Origin: a virus
DNA length: 64,000 nucleotides
Reading direction: 5' to 3' (one strand)
Virus record (IMG/VR): IMGVR_UViG_3300027659_000027
Span: 12,025 to 76,024 of that record
Of the stretch, positions 9,200 through 19,000 are shown piece after piece. The notes below the pieces were generated by a model. It was not told the DNA's origin. It saw only the letters and a list, made by a program, of their open reading frames with translations, and ran no database searches. Every line of letters begins with the position of its first letter. Positions within the stretch are counted from its first letter, which is position 1. Both the position numbers and the translations under genes were made by a program.

Positions 9200-12100
9200 T
9201 TAATAATATCCTGTTATTCTCCATGCTGCACCATCATAGATAAATTGAACACAAAGCATAGCTGTACCACTTGTTGTAGTTGGCAATGCAATAGAACTCG
9301 CGACAAACGAAGCACCCCAAGTAATTGCTCTACTTGCTGTTCCGGTCACACATATCAATAGGCTTTGTCCTTCTGTTGGTGTACCTGATAAGTTTGTTGT
9401 GAACGAAGTAATATCTACCGTTTGTGCGGTAAGCGAATATTTGTTTACATTATCAGTATTGATGGTTGGTGTTGCAGAACTTGTTGTTGTACCTGTACGC
9501 ATGGTTATGCGCTTGTTGGTAAAGGTTGTTGTTGATGAAGCTGTTGGTACTGGTACCCCTCCTATTGTAATACTTGTTGCGAAATCAGGAGAAGTTGCCC
9601 CGTCAAATAGTAATACACCAGTTCCATTCTCATCAGTTACCGCTGACCGCAAGTTTGCACTTGATGGAGTGGCTAAGAATGTACCTACATTTGCTGCCGG
9701 AGTAATACCTGCCCATGTTGTAAGGTCTGCATCATAAGCCTGTACGTTAGTTCCAATAACCAATCCTAAATCAGTTCTAACATTTGCTGGGCTTCTATTA
9801 ATCCAGTCCGTGCCGTTCCATTTTAGCATATCCTCCGTAGTAATTGATGTCAAGTCAACGTCTGTTAACGCAGCGAAGGTAGTTGCACCTCCACCTGTTG
9901 AGGCAATAGTTACTACTCCATTTGCACCTGTTCCTGTTGTGGTTAATGTAATATTGCTACCTTCCACTAATTGTACTGATGTACCTCCGGTTAATGTAAC
10001 AGTATGGCTTGTTGCATCATTGGTATTCGCTAATGAACCTCCGCCTGATATGTTATCCCTTGCCCACTCCCTTGTGGCTATTGTGTCCCGATTTGAAGTG
10101 GATGAATCCACGAACAATAACCCGTCTTTAAAATTAAGTAACCCAGTTTCTGGGGTAGTTGGTAGAACGCTATTGGTAAACTTTAGCTGTCCTGTACCTG
10201 CTGTCGCTGTCGCTGCCCCTATATGCAATTTTGCTGTGGGTGATAAAGTATTAAAAACCCCAACATTGCCATTTGATTGCTTTAGAAATAGGGGAACATT
10301 CCCTCCTGATTGTTGTATAGTAAAGTCTCCTGACTCACCATATAATTGAGTTACATACCCAAGAGGGTTTTCTAAATATAATGTAGCCCTTGTACTTGAT
10401 GAAGTAATACTGATTCGTGGGTTAGTACCTGAAACGCTAATACCTGTCCCACTTCCTGCGCTATTAATGGAAAGAGCGTTATTATTCTTATCCCATGTAA
10501 GCCCTGCATCTTCTTCATATACGCCTCCATCATTAAACGGAATTCTTGTACTCGTTCCTGATGTTATTGCCGTAGTTCCAACAGTTATGCCTGATGAGCC
10601 ACCACCTACTGAATCCTTAAGTCCATATAACACCCCGCCTTTTCTGTACCAAAAGCTATCAACGCCGGGTGTGCGAATAATGTCGGTAACAAACGCACCT
10701 GTGGTGTCTGATGTATAGGCAATCGTTCCTGTTGCAGCTTGTAGTGTAGCGGTGTAATTAGATGCACCTGCATTTGCTGTTGAAATAGTTGTAACCCCTG
10801 TTGAAGTTCCTTTCATTGCAAGTTTATCTTTATCAAATGTTTTCAACCCTGTTACAGTTTGAACATTTGCCAATACCATGTCACCACTACCGCCACTTTG
10901 CTGGTCTAACTGGTATCTTGTACTTCCAATAGTACCATAAAAGTGCGTGCCGTCAAATTCCATTGCCCCCGCTTCGGGAGTAGTAAGGTTTGTTCCGGCT
11001 GTAAATTTCAAAGGTGATGTGTTAGCTGTTGCGGAGCCAGCTGCTATGTGTAAGTTGGCGGTGGCATAAGTAGTACCACCTAAGAACATCTTACCCTCTT
11101 TGTTAATAGATCCCAAATTACTTCCTGTTCCATTAGTCCAACTTAAAATATTTGATGTTGCACCAGTTAGTGTAGTGCTGGTTTGGAATTTATGGGCAGT
11201 ATAATTGTTACCGCCATCAGTACCAAATTGGTAAGTCATTCCTGTGGCTCCGTTCATGTTAATACTATTAGCGGAAAAAGTGGTACCTGTGATAGTTCCT
11301 GTTGTTGTTGCACCAGTAACTCGCAACCCACCAAGTGCTCGAAGCGCTGGGCTTACATCATATACTGAACTATTGACATTGTAATTAACAACTGGACTGC
11401 CAAATTTATTTAGGTATGTGAAATCCCCAGCTGCTATATGTGTAAACAGATTAAAACTGCCAAAACCAGCATCAGCCTTAGTCTGAGATACTACTGTTGA
11501 TCCATCTTGCAAGCCAGCATTAATAATTACTTGCTTACCTAAAGTAAGTATTTTCGTAGCCGAATCAAATCTCAGGCTTGAATCTTGCTGTAAACTATTA
11601 CTTGCATTTTTAAACAATAGTCCATTTGTTATACCCTGATTTATTGTAGTAGTGCCTACGGTTATGCCGTCAGTTGTGTACGCTAATGTCTTTCTTGTTC
11701 CTCCGCTACCTGTATAGTATAAAGTATCTGCAAGTACTTCTATTGCTCCTGCTTCGGGTGTAGTTAGCAACGCTGCACCAGATGTTGTGAACTTCAAAGG
11801 TGCTGTACCGGCTGCGGCTGTGCCAGCTTTTAAATGTAGTACTGCTGTTGGCGATGTAGTACCTATTCCCATACCCGTAGATTTTATATTCACTATGGTT
11901 GATGTACCGGTAACTCCTAATTGAAGAGTATTACTTGCTTCAATGCTACCGGTATTGGAACTTGTTGTTCTTGCGGATAAGTAAGCACCTGAAATATTGT
12001 TATGAATATATAATTGCCCAAAATTATTGCCTGATGTGTTTTCTTGAATAGTCAATCTTGGATAAGTGCCGTCTAAAAAAATACCATCGCTTGTGGTTGA

Positions 12101-14575
12101 GTTACGAATCGATAAAGGGTTAGACGGCGTTGCCGTTCCAATCCCCAACCTCTTATTCGTACTGTCATAAAAGAAATCACTATTTTTCTGCTGCAATGTT
12201 CCACCCGTACCTGCAAATAATACACTACCTGCCGTTGCTGATGTAATTGCTGTACCAATAGCTAACGAACCTCCCCCCGTTGCCGTATCTGCATAACTTA
12301 CTAATCCCGATGTAGGATTGTATCGGAGTGCTTTTGTACCGGGTGCGGAGGTTAGGGTATCGATTTTGAGTGAGCCTGCATTTGGACTTAACGTTATTGA
12401 AGGCTGTGTTAACGTTATTTCTGAACCATTTGTCGTGCCGGTATTAACTGTCGTTAAAAATATATTAGCAGACGACGCCTCAATTTTAGCCTCAACACCA
12501 CTTGATACATCAACAATAGACGTTCCACCTGTTGAAGTTTGTGACCATATATCAAAATTATTCCAATTTATAATATTTGTACCACCTTCTATTATGTTAC
12601 TCCCCGTCAACGTACTACCTGCCGTTAACACTTGCTGCAATGTGGGGGTAGCACCACTTCCTGTGGTTGTGTCGGCAACACTTAAATTACCGCTTGCATC
12701 AATACGAACTGCTTTAGTACCAACGGCGGTGGGTAGGTAAGGCATTATTACTTTACTGTTTAAATATAGCCTTTGATTTGCTGCTGTGGCATCTTGTGCG
12801 CCGTAGATTATAGAAGCGGTTGTGTCTGCTCCCGCACTACCTCTTTGGATTGAATTTATAAACAAGCTATAAGGGTTCATTGTTACGGTGTTAAATGCAG
12901 CCCTGTATCCTAAAGCTATCCCACCTACCGCTGTTGTTGCATTTTGTAGTGCGCCAAATCCGATTGCAGTATTTGAAGCAACGCCAACACCGCCGTTTAG
13001 TAGTGCGCCTGCACCAAAAGACGAATTAGCCGTATTTGTAGCTGAATTATATGTAGATTCGCCATAACTTGTGGTACTCGGCCCAATTCTACCTGCGAAT
13101 ACATTATTTCTTTTAAAAACAACATCCTGTGCATCCGTTGTTCCAACAAAGTCCGTTCCTGCCGTTGTACCACTGTTTCCTGTAAGCGACCATCCGGAGC
13201 CGCCTACTGCACCTTCAATAATATTACCACTTGCGTCTACCTGTAAAGAGTATGTGGCTGTTCCTGTAATAGCACCAGTTCCATAGCCTTGAGCTTTTAT
13301 CTTTCTGTTCTTGTAAATAGTGAAAGCGTCTGCCGGTGTAGTACCTCCGTCTTGACTTGAGCCAACATTGAATATTCTGTCGGTAAGGTTGTTTGCTGAC
13401 GTGTAATTTGTACCCATAAAACCGATAGCCATTTCGTAATCCGCTCTTGAGTTATTATACTTACCAAATACCGAACCCGATTCTCCGTAGGCGTTATTTT
13501 GGAAGCCTTGTGCAAATGACCGCTGACCAGCGGTATAATTAAGGTAGCCGGTAGCAAAACTATAATTACCCCCTGCATTATGCGCCCCGCCAAAGGCTGC
13601 TGACCCAACTCCAGTTACAGCTGAAGCCACAGTTGATAAATCTAAACCAGCTGTTGTAAATGTCGAACCCGCATTCCTGCTAATATTACCGTTGGCATAG
13701 AATAGTAGCCTGGTAGTATTATTCGTTTTTATTGCATAGTCGTAGTTATCAATCGTACCAGTCCATTTGCCGTTAGACCCAACTGTGTTACCCGTTAACC
13801 CCCAACTTGTGTCAGACCTTGCTGCCCATGAAGTAACACCATTACCATCTGTTTGTAGAACTTCATTTGCTGCACCACCTGTTGTTGGTAAGGTCATTGT
13901 CCATGTACCTGCTGTTGTAGCTGGCTGAACAGTTACTGTCCCACTTGTAGATCCTAATAACTTTAACACACCCCTGTTATTCCCACTGTAACCACCACCG
14001 CCTAATACCAAAGAGCCTTGATATGTGTTAAGCCTAACATCTCCAGCGTATGAATGAATAGCTATATTAGCTGCCGTACCTTGTGAAGCACTTGCATAAA
14101 TACCAACATTTGTTGTATTAACGCCTAAGTTATTATTCACAGCCCTAAAAGCTGTAGCAGAACCATTATCCACAGTAGTTCCCATTGTACTAAGACTAAG
14201 TATCCCAGCACCATTTGCCATTGATGGGGCATTACTATTCATAGTTAACCCAACGCCTGTAGATAAAGTATTCCAACTCCAAATTTGCCCAAACCCTGCA
14301 TTATTGATTGTATTTGTTGCTGTTGCTGCTGTAAGTGCCGATATAGGTAAAGAAGAAGTTTTTGGCCAGCTTGTAGACTTTCTTAAATTACCTGAACTGT
14401 CCAGTAATGCCAGCTTGTACAATGTAGTATCACTAACTGACGCAGTATTTTTCACTCTGAGCTTTCCTTGTACCTCAACAGTATTTGCTGAGTTACCAAT
14501 TGACTGGGTTTGCCCCAGTACTGTGGCTGATATAAGTACCATCAGCGTGGCCAATGTTAGTTTTATTGTCTTCAT
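9200..14575 (-). CDS. 1791-aa tail-fibre/adhesin-like protein with N-terminal signal peptide
   Basis: G/T/S-rich with repeated 'GIGTxxP', 'LHI.AG...LKFT...TTPE.G' and 'W.LTGN' modules and YadA-head-like 'SFAxG' repeats. N-terminus is MKTIKLTLATLMVLISATVLG|QTQ. Confidence 0.75.
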   Translation of the reverse strand: MKTIKLTLATLMVLISATVLGQTQSIGNSANTVEVQGKLRVKNTASVSDTTLYKLALLDSSGNLRKSTSWPKTSSLPISALTAATATNTINNAGFGQIWSWNTLSTGVGLTMNSNAPSMANGAGILSLSTMGTTVDNGSATAFRAVNNNLGVNTTNVGIYASASQGTAANIAIHSYAGDVRLNTYQGSLVLGGGGYSGNNRGVLKLLGSTSGTVTVQPATTAGTWTMTLPTTGGAANEVLQTDGNGVTSWAARSDTSWGLTGNTVGSNGKWTGTIDNYDYAIKTNNTTRLLFYANGNISRNAGSTFTTAGLDLSTVASAVTGVGSAAFGGAHNAGGNYSFATGYLNYTAGQRSFAQGFQNNAYGESGSVFGKYNNSRADYEMAIGFMGTNYTSANNLTDRIFNVGSSQDGGTTPADAFTIYKNRKIKAQGYGTGAITGTATYSLQVDASGNIIEGAVGGSGWSLTGNSGTTAGTDFVGTTDAQDVVFKRNNVFAGRIGPSTTSYGESTYNSATNTANSSFGAGALLNGGVGVASNTAIGFGALQNATTAVGGIALGYRAAFNTVTMNPYSLFINSIQRGSAGADTTASIIYGAQDATAANQRLYLNSKVIMPYLPTAVGTKAVRIDASGNLSVADTTTGSGATPTLQQVLTAGSTLTGSNIIEGGTNIINWNNFDIWSQTSTGGTSIVDVSSGVEAKIEASSANIFLTTVNTGTTNGSEITLTQPSITLSPNAGSLKIDTLTSAPGTKALRYNPTSGLVSYADTATGGGSLAIGTAITSATAGSVLFAGTGGTLQQKNSDFFYDSTNKRLGIGTATPSNPLSIRNSTTSDGIFLDGTYPRLTIQENTSGNNFGQLYIHNNISGAYLSARTTSSNTGSIEASNTLQLGVTGTSTIVNIKSTGMGIGTTSPTAVLHLKAGTAAAGTAPLKFTTSGAALLTTPEAGAIEVLADTLYYTGSGGTRKTLAYTTDGITVGTTTINQGITNGLLFKNASNSLQQDSSLRFDSATKILTLGKQVIINAGLQDGSTVVSQTKADAGFGSFNLFTHIAAGDFTYLNKFGSPVVNYNVNSSVYDVSPALRALGGLRVTGATTTGTITGTTFSANSINMNGATGMTYQFGTDGGNNYTAHKFQTSTTLTGATSNILSWTNGTGSNLGSINKEGKMFLGGTTYATANLHIAAGSATANTSPLKFTAGTNLTTPEAGAMEFDGTHFYGTIGSTRYQLDQQSGGSGDMVLANVQTVTGLKTFDKDKLAMKGTSTGVTTISTANAGASNYTATLQAATGTIAYTSDTTGAFVTDIIRTPGVDSFWYRKGGVLYGLKDSVGGGSSGITVGTTAITSGTSTRIPFNDGGVYEEDAGLTWDKNNNALSINSAGSGTGISVSGTNPRISITSSSTRATLYLENPLGYVTQLYGESGDFTIQQSGGNVPLFLKQSNGNVGVFNTLSPTAKLHIGAATATAGTGQLKFTNSVLPTTPETGLLNFKDGLLFVDSSTSNRDTIATREWARDNISGGGSLANTNDATSHTVTLTGGTSVQLVEGSNITLTTTGTGANGVVTIASTGGGATTFAALTDVDLTSITTEDMLKWNGTDWINRSPANVRTDLGLVIGTNVQAYDADLTTWAGITPAANVGTFLATPSSANLRSAVTDENGTGVLLFDGATSPDFATSITIGGVPVPTASSTTTFTNKRITMRTGTTTSSATPTINTDNVNKYSLTAQTVDITSFTTNLSGTPTEGQSLLICVTGTASRAITWGASFVASSIALPTTTSGTAMLCVQFIYDGAAWRITGYY

Positions 14576-15174
14576 TATAAGGGTATGGTTGTGATTTTTA
14601 TGTACTCTCCTTCCACCAGTGGGTGAGAAAAGGTAACGGATGTGGATGATAATACTTTTGTGTAATAGTACTGGTCCCCTGGCATGACTATACCGGGTAA
14701 TGGTAATACCCCTCGTATAACTTCTACCCTTACTCCGGTAAACTTTATGTGGCTTATAGAGGTCAACCCAGCCTGTCCGGCGCTTACGTTGAACTCGAGT
14801 ATGAATGTTGGTGAGCTTGTGTTTACTATTGCACCTGATACCTCTTCAGTACCGCCTGGTATGTATTGGCCCTCAAGTTTGTAGTCGCAACATTCCTGCT
14901 GCAGCTCCTCTATCTTACCAATGATGGCTATGTATTCCTGCTCCGTCATTGTACAAGTACAATCATCAGGGCACCAAGAGTCGGCAGCGTACATGAATAA
15001 GTACAAGCAGATCATGCGCTGGTAATCTTTCTTCCCGTTTACGCATGAGCTTAATGGGGAAGAGTACAAGTTCCTTAGGGCATTCTCAATTGCCAAACCG
15101 GCGAGTGTTAACCCGCCAGCGTGTAGTGCTTGTGCTGATTCCTCAGCGGTAACTGATGGATTCACGATTAGCAT
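14575..15174 (-). CDS. Putative tail structural or adaptor protein
   Basis: Cys-rich helical N-half and a small beta domain in the C-half. TAATG overlap with the fibre gene. Confidence 0.55.
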   Translation of the reverse strand: MLIVNPSVTAEESAQALHAGGLTLAGLAIENALRNLYSSPLSSCVNGKKDYQRMICLYLFMYAADSWCPDDCTCTMTEQEYIAIIGKIEELQQECCDYKLEGQYIPGGTEEVSGAIVNTSSPTFILEFNVSAGQAGLTSISHIKFTGVRVEVIRGVLPLPGIVMPGDQYYYTKVLSSTSVTFSHPLVEGEYIKITTIPL

Positions 15175-15965
15175 GTGGTACAGGGTTTAAGGGTTCCTAT
15201 AGTCTTGGCAAGTAACACTGAGGCGTTGTGGGCCTTGGCGTAGTTGCCACAACTGAATGCAACCTGTGCAGCCAGCTTGAGAAGTATTCGGTCAATAAGG
15301 TCTTTGGAGTTGTTGGAATCACATCCACACTCAGAGAGTGCCATGTTTGACAGGTCTTTGATGATGCCGCCTTCGCCACCATTTACTACCAGTAATCTCA
15401 ATACGGCTGAGTAGTACTTGGTGCACACATCTCCAGCTTCTAAATCAACCGAGAACGCCTCGTACAATTCGATGGTGTTCGTAAGCACGTCGATGCTCTT
15501 TATCTGGCGGATTTCATCAGGGGCATTTACATTCCTCAGGTGAGTTACGTTTGCGAATTCGTCAACGAACAGAGGTACATCCCCAACGCTTATGCGAAAA
15601 AAGTTGCAGGTTACTTTTAGCCCATCAGTACTGGGTACAGTTGCCCAGGCCGCAGTAATGTCTCCGTCTACCAAGCTGAGTTCAGTACCATATAAGGCCT
15701 TGATACTCGTTACACCATCCCTCAGGTAGTAGCCGACAGTTAGACCATCTATTATGTTACCAGTGTACAGAACCCTTGCAGCTCTTAAGTACTCCTCTCC
15801 ATAATACTGGGTTTCAACTACAGTGTCAATTATTGCAGCGTCATCAACGGGGCCTCCTATCAACCCGTAGGTTATAGAGGAATCCTTTATGGTAAAGTTA
15901 GCCGAGGATCTTGGTACTACTGTTATCTGAAACTTGGGGGAGAAATGCGGGTCTTCTGCGGCCAT
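15168..15965 (-). CDS. Putative tail structural protein
   Basis: First gene after the RNAP terminator and promoter, with a Cys-containing C-terminal helical bundle (ECGC...SCGNY...PCTTC). Confidence 0.55.
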   Translation of the reverse strand: MAAEDPHFSPKFQITVVPRSSANFTIKDSSITYGLIGGPVDDAAIIDTVVETQYYGEEYLRAARVLYTGNIIDGLTVGYYLRDGVTSIKALYGTELSLVDGDITAAWATVPSTDGLKVTCNFFRISVGDVPLFVDEFANVTHLRNVNAPDEIRQIKSIDVLTNTIELYEAFSVDLEAGDVCTKYYSAVLRLLVVNGGEGGIIKDLSNMALSECGCDSNNSKDLIDRILLKLAAQVAFSCGNYAKAHNASVLLAKTIGTLKPCTTC

Positions 15966-15987
15966 AGGTAGTGGATTTTAGTCTCGG

Positions 15988-15995
15988 CGAAGGTA
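15988..15995 (-). promoter_or_regulatory. Bacteroidota sigma-A -7 element variant (TACCTTCG)
   Basis: TAnnTTCG variant of the TAnnTTTG consensus, 22 nt upstream of ATG 15965 and just downstream of a hairpin. Confidence 0.5.
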
Positions 15996-16011
15996 CCTCA
16001 TCCACTACGTA

Positions 16012-16052
16012 AGAGCCCAGCTGAGAGGGCTTTTGGAACCATCCGCTGGGCT
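16012..16052 (-). terminator. Hairpin downstream of the RNAP gene
   Basis: AGCCCAGC...GCTGGGCT inverted repeat followed by CTT; the U-tract is weak. Confidence 0.4.
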
Positions 16053-16078
16053 GCTTTACTACTATAGAGTTATCGACC

Positions 16079-19000
16079 TTAGTGACCTATGTCCATCAAG
16101 TCTTTACTGGTCATGTAATCGAACTTACTGATGTTGGACAGACCCGGTCCAAGCTTAGCTGTACGCTTCCACAGTTTTTCGTACCTCTTCGGGTCATCTC
16201 CTAACAACTTGGCAGAAGCCTTCAGCAACTTGAACGCATCAGTAACCACAGTAAGGCATGGAACCGGGTTTCCAAGTACAGTATCGAACACGTCAGGGGA
16301 TGCGTACAAGGTAAGATCCTGATAGTTCCTGGTCAGTAGGTTCACAAACATCCTTAACTCTGCAGGTGTTGAACTCAATCCTGCTCTTCTGCGGCGCTTT
16401 TTTTCCTCCTCATCAGGGCTTAGCAGGGCCTTCATAGTAAGAATAGCTGTAAGGAAGCCTATGGTGAAGGCTATACCTGACAGGTTTTTACGCATGTTCT
16501 CCTTATCCATATCCGATATTGGCTCTCTCTTCCTGTCTTTAACATCAGCAAAGGCATCAAGGCTGACACCGGGTAAGGCACTCAGCACTTGCTTAATAAG
16601 TACAAAGCCAGAGTTCAGAATACCCAGATCAGCTATCGTCCTGTACCTGCCCTTTACATCTCGGTCAAGTCTAACATCGAAACGCTTGTCCTGAAACCTT
16701 GTAGCAATACCTTCAGGTAACCAGCTCATACGAAACTGACCGATCATTCTCCACATTACGTTCTTACGGGCCATCAGTTTGGAGTTAGCATCCTGATTAC
16801 CGAATACCAGCGTACTTACAGCTTTGGTCTTGGTACGAAACTTGACCCAGCTCTTCTGTTTGTCTGCATCCTCTGACTGCCAGGTATCGTCAATACCGAA
16901 CCTCTCTGCATTCCAGTCGCCTTCGCTGTTATGAGCATCCCAAAGAGAGATTTCTTTCTCCACTCCGTCCTCTGTTACCTTTACCATCTTGTGTTTCATC
17001 ATAGCTATCATCATCATACCCTTGGTGAAATAGTCACCAGAAAGCTGCCAGTTCAAGGGCATCACAGCCTTGGCTATCGACTTTTTCTTCATGGTGTCAA
17101 TGTTGGACTCACCGTGCAGACTGCTTTGTACTTCGTTAATCAGGTTCATCCTGAGCATCAGGTTGAATATCTTGGCTGCTGCTTTGTCTTGTCCGAATGC
17201 ACCAAAGGTTAGCCACTTATGTTGAGCATGCCGCATCTCATGCATAGCCTGACGAGCAGTTTTGTTGGTATAGTCCATTCTTCCGTTGGCGTGTATCATC
17301 ACTGAGATCATACCGAAGGTGAAGTTGGTTATGGCAGCAAACGGGTTGAAGGCAAGGGCTCTCAGCTGGTTAAAGCTTATTAACATGTCAGCAGCCTTGC
17401 TTCCAGCAAAGTACCGGCCGGATGCTGTGATTTCTTCGATACGCTCTTCAATCTTAGTAAGCCTGTCATCTTCCTCGATAGTCATGACTTCCACTCCACC
17501 CTTCATCTTTTCCCACAATTTCTCCCGTTCTTCTATCAAGTCTTTGATCTCGTTGGATAACTTCTTGTGTTCTTTTCTGCTGGAAGAGTATATGGCCTCA
17601 TTGCTTACAGCCTGAGCTTGCTTATCGTTACCAAAGAACACCGACTTCTTCATGAACTCGATAGCCTCTATGGTTTTGGTAAGTGCTGGCCCTTTCTCCG
17701 GATCTTCCAGTCTTGCCTTGTTAATGCTCTTGATAAGAGCCTCACCTACATTTACGGTATCCAGGTGCTTACTCATGTGCTTATGGCGAATAGCCATTCT
17801 TGAGAATTGCTCCATGGTGTGCAGTAAGTTTTTACTCCACCCGGCTACCTGCTCCTGACGACGTAAAAGCTCTTCTTCTTTCAGGTTGTAGGACTTGCCA
17901 GTGTTAATGAATGCCAGAGGAATCTCGTCTTTATTGGTTTTGTAGTTTTTCTCATAGTGGCTAACTGTGGAAGCCATGAACCCTCTGTTCAATAAAGATT
18001 TCGGCTTAAGCTGCCCTATCTTACCCATTAAGCTGGCTGTGACTTCTGCTGTAACTGATGGAAGGAAGCTTGTGTCCATCTTGTCAGTTACGTGCGTAGG
18101 CAAACCATCTAACAACTCATCACGTATTGCTATGAACTCCTCGAAAATGGCCGCCTTTGTGATTACAGTCGCATCCTTGTTGGCAGTAGCCATTATAGCT
18201 TTGTGCTTAGCATCGTAGAAAGCATCGTTACTTAACCTTGGGGCTTTAACAGTGAACCTGGAGCTACCAAACCCTGAGGTAGAGTTATTGGCAAGTTTGG
18301 ACTCAAAGAACAGGTTAGGGGATTCGTAACTGTCCCACTTGTCCTTCTCAGCCTGTATCATCTTTTCAAGTAGCTCATTCTCTCTGGTAGTTCGTATGTC
18401 GTATTGCTCCTGCGGGGCCAACAACAGCTCCTCAGCTGTAAGTACCACCGCTGCTTTTTCCTCTTCAGTTAACTCATTTGCCTCAAAGTTCAGGAACGCA
18501 GCCTCTTTTGCATCCAGGTACTTTTTGTACTGCTCTCCGGCTTCTTCTATCAGTTCCTGAGCATGCTCTTCAGACCCCACCTGCTGTACAAGGTATGCCA
18601 TTTCAGTATCTACAGTTGTACCAGACATGGCCTCTCCTGTTTCTATATCAAAGAAGATGCGGGTATCAACAAATACCGCTGCAGTACTAAGGGCTTTCCA
18701 GTACCTGGCATATACAGCAGCTGATGCCTCTCTCCTTTTATCAGGATCCTTTATACCTTTGGCCTCTTCCAATCTGTATTCAAGGGTAGACTCCAACTTG
18801 TTGATGTGTGAGAACCACTCTGGCGAGTATCTTTGTACAAAACCATGAGCGGTGTCATCCTTGTTCTCCTGCATGAATTCTTTGTACAAGCCCGGTAACC
18901 CTCTTTGCCCAACTAACTCCTCCATCTTTGTCTTCAATGCCTCAAGCCTGGTGGCATACTTACGTATTTCACCATCACTATTCTCTGCAGCTATGGTACC

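Noticed and set aside
9200-14575. Diversity-generating retroelement or invertible tail-fibre system
   Set aside because: No reverse transcriptase, recombinase, near-identical TR/VR pair or flanking inverted repeats were seen. The repeats are diverged at protein level.
14576-14845. Programmed -1 frameshift fusing the 199-aa tail gene to the fibre (fibre frame is open for about 90 codons upstream of its ATG)
   Set aside because: No X XXY YYZ slippery site was found. Only about 10 T-ending codons occur here, so an open -1 frame is plausible by chance, and the TAATG overlap indicates ordinary coupling.
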